A stretch of DNA of 32,000 bases from an uncultured bacterium (GTDB lineage: Bacteria > Patescibacteriota > Gracilibacteria > UBA1369 > PNNO01), in NCBI GenBank assembly GCA_963704705.1, contig OY969931.1, forward strand, positions 540,001-572,000. Direction: 5' to 3'. This document shows positions 1 through 9,229 of this stretch, in pieces (positions within the stretch are counted from its first letter, which is position 1; each line of letters begins with the position of its first letter). Under the pieces are notes generated by a model. The model searched no databases and had not been told where the DNA came from. It worked only from the letters and a program-made list of their open reading frames with translations. The position numbers and the translations under genes were made by a program.

Positions 1-2
1 GT

Positions 3-3000
3 GAACTTGCACAGTCAACAGGAGGCTTTTTTAGCTGCGGAAGTAAAGAAGTTACAACATTCACTCAGTTCCAGGGCGGTTTACAGCCACCTTCGGCTGA
101 AGGATATGATCCTACTCTTACACAGCAAACTGATCTAAGAGATTTCATTGTTAATGCAGTGAATTTTGTACTTGGATTTTTAGGCCTTGTTGCAGTTGTA
201 ATGGTAATCTACGGAGGATTCATGTATGTTACGGCCGCGGGACAGGAAGAGCAAACAACCAAAGGAAAGAAAAGCGTAATGTACGCGATGATTGGTATAG
301 TTATTATTCTTATATCTTATGCATTAGTTAATACAGTTATTAAAGGAGTCGGAAAAGGAACAGATGCTGGAATTAATTCCGGGACTCAGCAACTTGCAGG
401 AGCAGCTCCTGAAAATTTAACGGGTGATCAGACTCAGGCAATTCAAAGATTATTTTATGCTGCGGCATTGCAGGTTCAAAGAGCAGCTGAAGATTTGGCT
501 ACTAATTATTCTCATTATGTTGATGTTGACGATGCATTGGCTCAGCTTGAAGCAGTACCGTATGTTGATCGCGCAGACCAATTACATGTATTTTTAGGAG
601 ATATTAAACGTGCATTAAGTAATATTATTTCAGCTTCAGGTGAGTTGAGCAGAACTTCTGAAGCAGCTAAGTTTGCAGAAGATTATGTTGATACATTTTT
701 AAATCAATCTCAGCAGCAATTGACTGCTGATTGGACTACTTGGTGGTCGGACAACAGTGCTGATCTTCAATATGAAATAGATGCAATACTTACAGAGTCA
801 GGAGCAGAAGGTGAAAGTATATGGAAAGCAAATCTGCTTGATTTTGCTGATGCAGTTGAAAAAATCATTAGTAATTTAAATGATTTAAAAAAACAGATTG
901 AAAGCTCAGGATTAGTTACAACTTCTGAAACTGATTTTGGTGTAGCTTTTGATAGAGCTGTAAATAGTTTGGAAAATCTAATACCAATCGGTTTTGAAGT
1001 TCCGACAAATCAAAAAGTGATTGACGCACTTGAAGCATTAAGTGATTTACACACCGTGGTTCAGAACATCAAGTTTGTAGCAGCAATTATTAATGCGGAT
1101 GTTACTAAAGGCAATGCTCCGTTAATAGTAAATGTTGACGCACTTAATTCAGTAAGACCGGATTATGAAAGTATTAATCAGGATGATATTGAATGGGATT
1201 TTGGTGACGGAACCATTGTTGAAGGTAAATTCGCTACTTCTCACATTTATAGGGAAACAGGAAGTTTTGTAATTAAACTTACAATTAAAGGTGATTCTGC
1301 TAAAGGAATTGCTTCTGGTGTTGCTTATCAGGATGTTAAAATCGGTCCGCCTGCATCTCAGATTAATTTAAATGTAACTGTAGGAGACAGATTCCTTGGT
1401 TATTTGAGTTTCTACAAAGACGGATTCCTGGTTATAGATAAAAATAGATTAAACGTAACTTTAACAGAAGCCCGTGATATTGGTATTACATTTGATGCTT
1501 CTGAAACAAGAGGCGGTTCGCAGTCAGAACAGGAACAGGAAGCAGGAGGAACATATATTCAAACTGTTTCATGGGATTTTGGTGATGGAAGCGATACAAT
1601 ATTTGGAGAAATGGTTGCGAATGATGTACAAACACATTATTACGGTGAAGAGGGGACATATCCTGTTATAATTGAAGTTGTTGATTCAAGAGGAATTAGA
1701 GACAGAAAAGTATTTGAGGTAGTTGTTGATTCACCGGCAGCAAGAATTGATTTGAAGCCTGGAACAACAGCGAGAATTAATGAGGATGTAACATTTGATG
1801 GTGGTCAGTCTTCAACTGATGGCGGCCAGATTTCAGGTTACAAATGGAGTGTTTCAAATCCTCAATTAAAATATTCAGCGGAAGAAACCGATGAAAGTTT
1901 TACTAGTTCATTTGAAAGCCCGGGAGTTTATGATGTTTCACTAGTTGTTAGTGACAACCTGGGAAATACAGCAACTGATAATACGAAACTTAAAATTGAA
2001 TCAGAGCCTCCAAAGGCACAATTTACTTATTCAATTCAGAACCCGAGTAAACCGCACATTTATATGTTTGACGGAACTCAGAGTTTTGATCCGGACGGAA
2101 ATATACAAACAGGAACTTATAATTATAAATGGACAATAAATGCCGTGGATGATGATTATGATTTCATTAATCCTGAAACAGGCGAGTATGACCCTGATGG
2201 TGATAGTAAACCAAGAATGTATGTGAAATTTTATAGAACAGGCAATTACAAAGTTACTTTGGAAGTAGATGATGTTAATGAACCTGATAATCCTGGTATA
2301 CCGCAAGAACAAACAGTTAATGTTAATAGTATTTTGGATGTTGAATTTATGAATGTTGATTCTGGTGCAGCTGCTATTTTGAATGAGGACAGCGAAGCAA
2401 AAGTAAATCTATTGGGCTTTTCTGAAAACGCGGTTGCTTATGAATGGGATTTTGGTGATGGAAGCAGTCCGGTGTCTGGCGACATGATTTCAAATCAGGC
2501 TGCAATCACTCATACATATACTCAAGCTGGAAATTATGATGTAAGACTTTCGGTTTTTGATCGCGAAGATAATGAAAACAGTATTACACGAAGAATTGTT
2601 ATCGGCGAAGCTGATTCACCAATAGCCGTTATATCGGTTAAATCAGGTGATGTTGAGATTTATGATTTAAGTGAACCTATTGAAGTTAACAGAAAAACAG
2701 TTCTTTCATTTAGCGCTGAAAGATCTCTTAACCGTGATGGCACAGGAAGAAGACTTGCATATCAGTGGGATTTTGGGGATACAGACAGATCTACAAATAA
2801 AGATGCTACTCATAAATATAGTGATTTAAGCCCTAAAGATCCTGGTTATTATACAGTTACACTGAAAGTTCTCGATCAGAATGATCTAACAAAAACTTCA
2901 ATAGCAACAATGAGAGTTAATGTAATTGGAGAAACTCCAAAGTTACAGGCATTTACTGCTGTTCCCCAACAAGCAGATCTTACAACTCCGGTTAGAGTTA

Positions 3001-4355
3001 AGCTTGAGGCAATTGGTGCAGAAGATCCTGACGGTCAAATAGTAAAATATTTATGGTGGTATTATGATGAAAATGAACCGGATTTAACTTTTGGACATAC
3101 AATCACTCAAACTCCTCAGGCTTATATAACTATTGGAACCCGAGGTAAAGAAGGAGATGAAGTAACTTATAAATTTGGAGTTCAGTTAACGGATCAGGAA
3201 AACTTCACAGGAACTGCAAGCGATCTGTTACCTGAAAATCTTATCCCTAGTTTAACTGTTATTAATGGCCCTAACGATGTGCCTATATCAACATTCTCAG
3301 TTGATAGGACTTCTGTGTTGGTTGGTGAGGCAGTTAACTTTACCAGTGGTTCTTATGATCCGGATGGTAAAATTGTAAGTTATATTTGGGATGTTGAAGG
3401 AGATGGGTTCGGAAATAATGAACCAACAAATAATTCAACAATTGCTTATACTTATGACAAACCTTACCCGGACGGTGTAAATGTTAAATTAAAAGTTATT
3501 GATAATAATTATGCTGAATCTATTTCAAAACCAGTTAAATTATTCGTGGATGTTGTTTCACAAGATCCTGTTGCTGCATTTAGATATGAACTGGTTGGAG
3601 ATAATAAAATTAAATTTATTAATAATTCTACTGCAGATGAAGAAGCCGGAGCCAAGATTGATTCTTATCAATGGGATTTTGATATAAGCAGCGAAAATGA
3701 AAGCGCTGACAGTAATGGTGATGGAATTTTGGATAATGATAATGATTCTGAAGCGAAAGATCCGGTTTGGACCTATGAAAAACCAGGAATATATAGAGTA
3801 AAATTAAATGTATTTGATTCTTATGGAAAATCTGATGAAGTAATTAATTTTGTAAATGTTAGACCTCAAACAACTACAAGCACAGCAATTACCTCAACAG
3901 GTGATTTGGTGGCTGACTTTACAACTACACCTGCACCAGATCCTGACGGAGTGATTTATTTGTCAGGTGATTATGGTGATGTAAGTTTTGATTTCACAAA
4001 TTCCAAAGGAACAATAACTAAATATGTTTTTGATGATAATATATATGTTGATTCGGATAATGACGGAAGAAAAGCTGATGATCAAGATTACACAACAACA
4101 AAAAAAGGTATTTATACAACAACCTTTAATTCAGAAGATGATAAAATAAAAGTCAGACTTACTGTTTATGGTCCAAATGATTCATTTGATGTAAAAGAGG
4201 TGGAAATAAGTTTTAATAAAGGTTTAAACGAAACACAAGCGAATATATTAGGCAATACAAATATTCCATTGATACTTTTGAACCTGGCTATATTTGGTAT
4301 AGTTAGTTTAAGTCTTTATCAATTGTCGTTAAAAGAAGTTAAAATTAAAAAATAA
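3..4355 (+). CDS. Giant multi-PKD-domain surface protein with N-terminal T4SS-pilin-like (PF18895-type) two-TM segment and C-terminal TM; 5'-partial
   Basis: Frame is open from base 3 (ELAQSTGGFFSCGSKEVTTFTQFQGGLQPPSAEGYDPTLTQQTDLRDFIVNAVNFVLGF...), upstream of the track's GTG at 159. TM segments FVLGFLGLVAVVMVIYGGFMYVTAAGQEE and SVMYAMIGIVIILISYALVNTV are typical of the pilin-like family. Repeated PKD signatures (WDFGDGTIVEG, WDFGDGSDTIFG, WDFGDGSSPVSG, WDFGDTDRST, YQWDFDISSE). C-terminal TM IPLILLNLAIFGIVSLSLYQL. Confidence 0.9.
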   Translation, partial: ELAQSTGGFFSCGSKEVTTFTQFQGGLQPPSAEGYDPTLTQQTDLRDFIVNAVNFVLGFLGLVAVVMVIYGGFMYVTAAGQEEQTTKGKKSVMYAMIGIVIILISYALVNTVIKGVGKGTDAGINSGTQQLAGAAPENLTGDQTQAIQRLFYAAALQVQRAAEDLATNYSHYVDVDDALAQLEAVPYVDRADQLHVFLGDIKRALSNIISASGELSRTSEAAKFAEDYVDTFLNQSQQQLTADWTTWWSDNSADLQYEIDAILTESGAEGESIWKANLLDFADAVEKIISNLNDLKKQIESSGLVTTSETDFGVAFDRAVNSLENLIPIGFEVPTNQKVIDALEALSDLHTVVQNIKFVAAIINADVTKGNAPLIVNVDALNSVRPDYESINQDDIEWDFGDGTIVEGKFATSHIYRETGSFVIKLTIKGDSAKGIASGVAYQDVKIGPPASQINLNVTVGDRFLGYLSFYKDGFLVIDKNRLNVTLTEARDIGITFDASETRGGSQSEQEQEAGGTYIQTVSWDFGDGSDTIFGEMVANDVQTHYYGEEGTYPVIIEVVDSRGIRDRKVFEVVVDSPAARIDLKPGTTARINEDVTFDGGQSSTDGGQISGYKWSVSNPQLKYSAEETDESFTSSFESPGVYDVSLVVSDNLGNTATDNTKLKIESEPPKAQFTYSIQNPSKPHIYMFDGTQSFDPDGNIQTGTYNYKWTINAVDDDYDFINPETGEYDPDGDSKPRMYVKFYRTGNYKVTLEVDDVNEPDNPGIPQEQTVNVNSILDVEFMNVDSGAAAILNEDSEAKVNLLGFSENAVAYEWDFGDGSSPVSGDMISNQAAITHTYTQAGNYDVRLSVFDREDNENSITRRIVIGEADSPIAVISVKSGDVEIYDLSEPIEVNRKTVLSFSAERSLNRDGTGRRLAYQWDFGDTDRSTNKDATHKYSDLSPKDPGYYTVTLKVLDQNDLTKTSIATMRVNVIGETPKLQAFTAVPQQADLTTPVRVKLEAIGAEDPDGQIVKYLWWYYDENEPDLTFGHTITQTPQAYITIGTRGKEGDEVTYKFGVQLTDQENFTGTASDLLPENLIPSLTVINGPNDVPISTFSVDRTSVLVGEAVNFTSGSYDPDGKIVSYIWDVEGDGFGNNEPTNNSTIAYTYDKPYPDGVNVKLKVIDNNYAESISKPVKLFVDVVSQDPVAAFRYELVGDNKIKFINNSTADEEAGAKIDSYQWDFDISSENESADSNGDGILDNDNDSEAKDPVWTYEKPGIYRVKLNVFDSYGKSDEVINFVNVRPQTTTSTAITSTGDLVADFTTTPAPDPDGVIYLSGDYGDVSFDFTNSKGTITKYVFDDNIYVDSDNDGRKADDQDYTTTKKGIYTTTFNSEDDKIKVRLTVYGPNDSFDVKEVEISFNKGLNETQANILGNTNIPLILLNLAIFGIVSLSLYQLSLKEVKIKK

Positions 4356-4365
4356 CTATATAATT

Positions 4366-6693
4366 ATGGATATTAATAATCCTCAAAATAATCAGTCTGC
4401 AGAGAGTTTTGGAACCGAATCGGTTTCTCAGCCAGCTGCGCCGACTTCACAAACACCGGCACAAGCACCAACACCGGCACAAGCACCAACACCGGCAACG
4501 CCACATGCGAATAATATGCCACCGGCAACGCCACCTGCACCTAAACCGGCTCCGGCAGCACCGGTTGCAAAACCTGCAACAGTAACCCCGGGTCAAAGAC
4601 CCGCTCCTGGAAGACCAGTTGTTTCACAGGAAGCATTAATACAAAGAGAAAGAGGCAGAAATAAAAAACTTTTAATTGGTTGCGGAGGAGCATTCGGATG
4701 CGGAACATTATTGTTAATGATTTTAATTTTTGTATTTGTGGGAGCAGCAGGAACAGGAACAAGCGCATTGGCTCAGGCACTTAATATTGATCAGGGGCAA
4801 CTTGTTAATTCACTTATTCTAATAGTTAATTTGTTTTTTGGAGTAAGTGCATTAATAGCATTTATCTTGTCAATCGGAGGAATTTTCAGAGCTGTTATGG
4901 CGCGCCGAGATGATAAAATCACAAAAAGAAAGGGTTATATTATGTCAGGAAGTTCATTTGGAATTTTGATATTAATTATAGTTATGTGGGTTGGAGCATG
5001 GTTTTATCTTACTTCACAACAGATTCCTCAAACGGAAATTAAACCCACAGGGCTTATAACTGTGCCTGTAGATACAACTAATTTAACTGCACCAATTGAA
5101 ATAACTTTTGATGCATCAAATTTACCTTATGATAAAGCGACATACGATATTATCTCTTATAATTGGGATTTTGGAGATGGCACACAGGGTCCGGGAAGCG
5201 ATGTTGAAACACATCTTTATGAAACAAAAGGTGATGGAAGATACGATGTAACTTTGACTTTGACGTTTGTAAATAAAAAGACAAGTGAAGAGAGCACACA
5301 ATCACTTACTCATACTGTTACTATTGCCGACGAACAAATTGTTGCAATAATTTCAGCAGATAAAACAGAAGGGGATATACCATTGACTGTAAACTTTGAT
5401 GGTAGTAAATCTTCTGATCCTGACGGCACTATAAAGAGCTATGCATGGGAAGTTGATGGTAAGGGATTTGAAGAAGGTGATCAAACTTTCTCTTATACTT
5501 TTGATAAAGTTGGAGAATATACCGTAAGATTGCGAGTAACAAATGTTGATGGAGACACAAATATTGATGAAGTAAAAATAACTGCAAAGCTTGGCAATAT
5601 GCCTTCACCAGTTATTAATATTTTAAATTCTGAAACTGACGGTAAATTATTTACTGGAAAATCTTATACTTTTGATGCTACCGGAACTGCCAGTCCTGGT
5701 GGAACAATCAGAAGTTATGATTGGGATTTCGGTGATGGAACTGCAAGTGTAAAAACAAGAACAGCACAGCACACATTTACATCAGCAGGCACATATAATG
5801 TTATCTTAACGGCAACTGATGAAGCAGGGGTTTCCGCTTCAAAAGAAATGAATGTTCAGGTAATAGTTGCACCTTCAGTACCTGTAGCAGTGATTGTTAC
5901 CAATCCAGCTAAAGCAAAACCGGATGATAACTTTATAGAAGGCGTCGCACCGTTTGAAGTTAATTTTGATGCAACCAGCAGTAATGATCCTGATGATGAT
6001 ATTATTGATTATCAGTGGGATTTTGACGGTGATGGTGTATACGATGCTGCTGGAGAAACAGTTAATCATACATTTAATACAGTTGGTAATTATAATGCAA
6101 CACTTGTAGTTATAGATTCAGCCGGATTTGAAGGCAAAAAGGTAATATTGGTGAAAGCAATTTCTCCGGGTCTTCAGACTTCGTTAACAGCTGACCCAGT
6201 ATCAGGAGTTGTACCTTTAACAGTTATTTTTGATGCAACTGGTTCAAAGTACGCTGACGGACAGATTGTAAGTTATGAATGGGATTTCGGAGACGGAACA
6301 CCAAGAAGAAGCGACATAGGTCAGGTTACTTATAAATATACAAAAATCGGTAACTTTACTGCAAAAGTTAAAGTTAGAACAAATGACAATAAAGAAAAAG
6401 AAGCTGAAATTTTAATTACAGTAAGGCAGGTTCCATTGGAATCATGTTTTGAACCTTCTAAAACAACCGGTGATGCACCACTGACATTAACTTTGAATCC
6501 TTCTTGCGCTACTGGTACAATAGCAACATACAAATGGGATTTTGGAGATGGTCAGACCTCAACAGAACGAAGACCTTCACATACCTTTGAAAATCCAGGA
6601 AGTTATGAGATTATATTGGAGGTTGCGGACGCACAGAATGTTGTTGATACCTCATCTCAATTTGTAACCGTAACAGGTGAATTAACCCAGTAA
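4366..6693 (+). CDS. Membrane protein with Pro/Ala-rich N-terminus, about three TM segments and about six PKD domains
   Basis: 775-aa ORF starting 10 nt after the previous stop. PKD motifs YNWDFGDGTQGPG, YAWEVDGKGF, YDWDFGDGTAS, YQWDFDGDG, YEWDFGDGTPR, YKWDFGDGQTS. N-terminal PAQAPTPAQAPTPATP. Confidence 0.88.
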   Translation: MDINNPQNNQSAESFGTESVSQPAAPTSQTPAQAPTPAQAPTPATPHANNMPPATPPAPKPAPAAPVAKPATVTPGQRPAPGRPVVSQEALIQRERGRNKKLLIGCGGAFGCGTLLLMILIFVFVGAAGTGTSALAQALNIDQGQLVNSLILIVNLFFGVSALIAFILSIGGIFRAVMARRDDKITKRKGYIMSGSSFGILILIIVMWVGAWFYLTSQQIPQTEIKPTGLITVPVDTTNLTAPIEITFDASNLPYDKATYDIISYNWDFGDGTQGPGSDVETHLYETKGDGRYDVTLTLTFVNKKTSEESTQSLTHTVTIADEQIVAIISADKTEGDIPLTVNFDGSKSSDPDGTIKSYAWEVDGKGFEEGDQTFSYTFDKVGEYTVRLRVTNVDGDTNIDEVKITAKLGNMPSPVINILNSETDGKLFTGKSYTFDATGTASPGGTIRSYDWDFGDGTASVKTRTAQHTFTSAGTYNVILTATDEAGVSASKEMNVQVIVAPSVPVAVIVTNPAKAKPDDNFIEGVAPFEVNFDATSSNDPDDDIIDYQWDFDGDGVYDAAGETVNHTFNTVGNYNATLVVIDSAGFEGKKVILVKAISPGLQTSLTADPVSGVVPLTVIFDATGSKYADGQIVSYEWDFGDGTPRRSDIGQVTYKYTKIGNFTAKVKVRTNDNKEKEAEILITVRQVPLESCFEPSKTTGDAPLTLTLNPSCATGTIATYKWDFGDGQTSTERRPSHTFENPGSYEIILEVADAQNVVDTSSQFVTVTGELTQ
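4453..4497 (+). repeat. 18-nt in-frame tandem repeat (ACACCGGCACAAGCACCA x2 plus partial third)
   Basis: Direct reading of 4453-4470, 4471-4488 and the partial copy 4489-4497; encodes TPAQAP repeats. Confidence 0.85.
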
Positions 6694-6695
6694 TT

Positions 6696-6812
6696 ATGGC
6701 AATTAATAAAAGACAAAAGAAAGTTGTACAAATAGTCGGACTTTTGGCTATAACAGCGATAGTTATTACAAGCTTTGCTCCAGCTATAGCAATTTTATTC
6801 TCACAGAAATAA
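6696..6812 (+). CDS. Small 38-aa single-TM protein (MAINKRQKKVVQIVGLLAITAIVITSFAPAIAILFSQK), below the ORF-track cutoff
   Basis: ATG 3 nt after the stop of the 4366..6693 gene, basic N-terminus plus one hydrophobic helix, ends in TAA before the next promoter. Confidence 0.55.
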   Translation: MAINKRQKKVVQIVGLLAITAIVITSFAPAIAILFSQK

Positions 6813-6826
6813 TTTAGAGCATAAAT

Positions 6827-6855
6827 TTGACCACGCAACTATAAAATGGTATAAT
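6827..6855 (+). promoter_or_regulatory. Sigma70-like promoter: TTGACC - 17 nt - TATAAT
   Basis: TTGACC 6827-6832, 17-nt spacer, perfect TATAAT 6850-6855, upstream of the 6917 gene. Confidence 0.75.
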
Positions 6856-6860
6856 ATATT

Positions 6861-6881
6861 AATGGTATTGTACCATTTTTT
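6861..6881 (+). promoter_or_regulatory. Short 5'-leader hairpin followed by T-run (AATGGTA-TTG-TACCATT-TTTT)
   Basis: 7-bp perfect stem, 3-nt loop, T-run, beginning about at the predicted +1. Confidence 0.5.
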
Positions 6882-6916
6882 AAATATTTAATTAAAAATA
6901 AATAACAAAAATAAAC

Positions 6917-9229
6917 ATGGAAAATCCTTTAGCCTCTATGCCACCTGAAGAAAATAAACCTGTTGAACCGGCGGTTCAACCAGCGCTTCAACCTGAAGCT
7001 ATGCCTGCGAAAGAAGGTGTAAAAGCAAAAAAGCCTTTCTTCACTAAAGGTAAAATCATTGCAATTTTTATAGGACTTGTGGTAATTGCCGCAATAGTTG
7101 GAGCAGTGATTTATTACCAGAGTGCTGAACAATTTAAAGGAGCAAGTTTTACAACTGCACCAGTAACAACTACTGTTCAGTCCGTTACAACAACTGTACA
7201 AAAGCCTGTTGTAACAACAACACAACCAGTTGAAAAATGTGTATCTGATAAAGGTTTGGGAGAAGGCGGTCATAACGTTTATGGCTGTGTTTGTAGTTTG
7301 GATGAAAGAACAGAAAATCCTGAAATCTGGGATCCAATTGATAGAGTATGGACTCAAGACCCTAATCCTTATCCAAATCCTTGTGTATGTCCTGATGATA
7401 AACCTATTTGGGACAGCACAAATAAAGTTTGTACAACAATTACATTAGCTCCGCTAGGAGTAACTACAGTTCAAATTCCACCGGAAGAAACAACTGAACC
7501 TGGAATTTCAACTCTTAGACCTCAAATTACAGATAGACCTCAGATAACCATTCCTAAAGAAGAAACATGTGAGAATACATCAGCTACTGCGGATTTAATT
7601 ACAGCTTACAACCAAAGAAACTGGGATGCTTACCAAGGAGCTTTGCAAAAACTTGATGATCTTGCTTGTATTGACCCATGTAAATTAAATATTTATTGGA
7701 CAATCTTTTATTTAAATACAAATAATTTAGACCAGGCAAAAGTTCAATTCGCTACATTTAAAAAGAATTGCGGAACCAATTGTAATTTATATTTTGGATA
7801 TGTTGGAATTGTTGCTGAAATTTTGAGTGAAATTGATCAAAGGGCTCAAACATTTACAGCTGCCAAACTGCCTGGATTAACAGATGATCAGCTTGATTTC
7901 TTGCGTCTTGTTGCTGAAGGTTATATAAATAGCTGTCAGTGTGTTGAATTGAATCAATTATTAACAAATCCGGTTCAGACATTGGATTCGTATTTTCCGG
8001 CCAATGTAACCAGCGCGATAGATCTTAATGCAGCGAAAGAATTGGCTCCAAGTACATTGTCTACTAATCGATTAAATTCAGGTTTAACAGTTGCTTACGC
8101 ACAAAGTTATTCACCTTCAGTTCAATCGGTTTTACAAAGTGTTTTGGACACAAAATGTCCTCCTGAGATAAAAAAAGAACCTAAAAATTGTGAAGCTTTG
8201 AATATAAAAGCACCTTACGATGTTGAAACATATGTTATGCCTGATTTGTTTAATCCTTCTGCAAATACACTCTCAATTGAAATAGTGGGTGGAGAAGACA
8301 ATATTCAGGATTATAAGTACACATCAAATAATTCAACTGTTAAATTTGACGGAACAAGCAGCTCATACAATACTTCAAATAAATCCGTAACTTTAAGTGG
8401 CGGTCCAAATGAAGGTGAATCAGATAAAATCACTGTTACTGCTGTTGATAAAAGTGGTCTTCCTTTAAAAGAATGTACAGATACAGTTACAATTACAAGA
8501 CCGAAAGCTGATCAACCAATTTGTAGATCACTTACAATAGTTGAACCTAGCGATGCTAATCAGGCTGGTACTCCAACAGTTGAAATAGATTCACCATATA
8601 ATAATGAAGTATTAAAAGTTAAGTTAGATGCTGACGCAGGAACATATGATGATTTAAGATTTACTTCAGATAACGGAAATATAACATTTGATGGTCAGGG
8701 CGTACTTGATACAACTTCATTAGAAGTGAAAATGAACGGTGCACCACCTGAAGATACAGAAGAATTAGTTACTGTATGGGCAAGAGCAAAATCCAGAGAC
8801 GGAAGCTATACTGGGATTAAAACATGTACTGATGCATTTATTGTAAAACTAGCAGGAGCACCTCCAACACTTACTTATGTACCCCCTACAAAAGATGAAG
8901 AGCCACCTCCAACATTAACTTATGTTCCACCTACTACAAAAGATGAGGAACCACCTCCGGTGATAACTTATGTCCCGCCTACAACAACTACAACGACAAC
9001 AACAGAACCAACACCTACAACAACTACAACAGTTACTACTTCAACTCCAACTGAACCTACACCGATTTATGTTACTCAAACTCAGCCACAGCCAACAATA
9101 GTTACAACAACTACACCGGCAATACATACGGCTGCACCTACTACGCCTTCAACAGGGCCGGAATTGTTTATTCCATTATTGGCTACAGCAATTGGAGGAG
9201 CCTGGATTAGAAGAAAAAAGAAAAAATAA
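6917..9229 (+). CDS. Surface/secreted protein: N-terminal TM, Cys-rich and helical repeat-like region, Thr/Pro-rich stalk, C-terminal LPXTG-like anchor
   Basis: 770 aa; N-terminal TM IIAIFIGLVVIAAIVGAVIYY. C-terminus TTPSTGPELFIPLLATAIGGAWIRRKKKK = PxTGxE motif, hydrophobic stretch, basic tail. Confidence 0.85.
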   Translation: MENPLASMPPEENKPVEPAVQPALQPEAMPAKEGVKAKKPFFTKGKIIAIFIGLVVIAAIVGAVIYYQSAEQFKGASFTTAPVTTTVQSVTTTVQKPVVTTTQPVEKCVSDKGLGEGGHNVYGCVCSLDERTENPEIWDPIDRVWTQDPNPYPNPCVCPDDKPIWDSTNKVCTTITLAPLGVTTVQIPPEETTEPGISTLRPQITDRPQITIPKEETCENTSATADLITAYNQRNWDAYQGALQKLDDLACIDPCKLNIYWTIFYLNTNNLDQAKVQFATFKKNCGTNCNLYFGYVGIVAEILSEIDQRAQTFTAAKLPGLTDDQLDFLRLVAEGYINSCQCVELNQLLTNPVQTLDSYFPANVTSAIDLNAAKELAPSTLSTNRLNSGLTVAYAQSYSPSVQSVLQSVLDTKCPPEIKKEPKNCEALNIKAPYDVETYVMPDLFNPSANTLSIEIVGGEDNIQDYKYTSNNSTVKFDGTSSSYNTSNKSVTLSGGPNEGESDKITVTAVDKSGLPLKECTDTVTITRPKADQPICRSLTIVEPSDANQAGTPTVEIDSPYNNEVLKVKLDADAGTYDDLRFTSDNGNITFDGQGVLDTTSLEVKMNGAPPEDTEELVTVWARAKSRDGSYTGIKTCTDAFIVKLAGAPPTLTYVPPTKDEEPPPTLTYVPPTTKDEEPPPVITYVPPTTTTTTTTEPTPTTTTTVTTSTPTEPTPIYVTQTQPQPTIVTTTTPAIHTAAPTTPSTGPELFIPLLATAIGGAWIRRKKKK
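8861..8980 (+). repeat. Degenerate approximately 51-54-nt in-frame repeats encoding (P)PxxTYVPPT(T)KDEEP
   Basis: PPTLTYVPPTKDEEPPPTLTYVPPTTKDEEPPPVITYVPPT in the translation. Confidence 0.75.

Noticed and set aside
159-161. GTG at 159 as the true start of the first large protein
   Set aside because: The same frame is open to base 3 with plausible coding sequence, so 159 is only the first start codon the ORF finder found.
8970-9140. CRISPR-like or functional RNA repeat in the ACAACT-rich region
   Set aside because: It is low-complexity Thr/Pro coding sequence without regular direct repeats and unique spacers.
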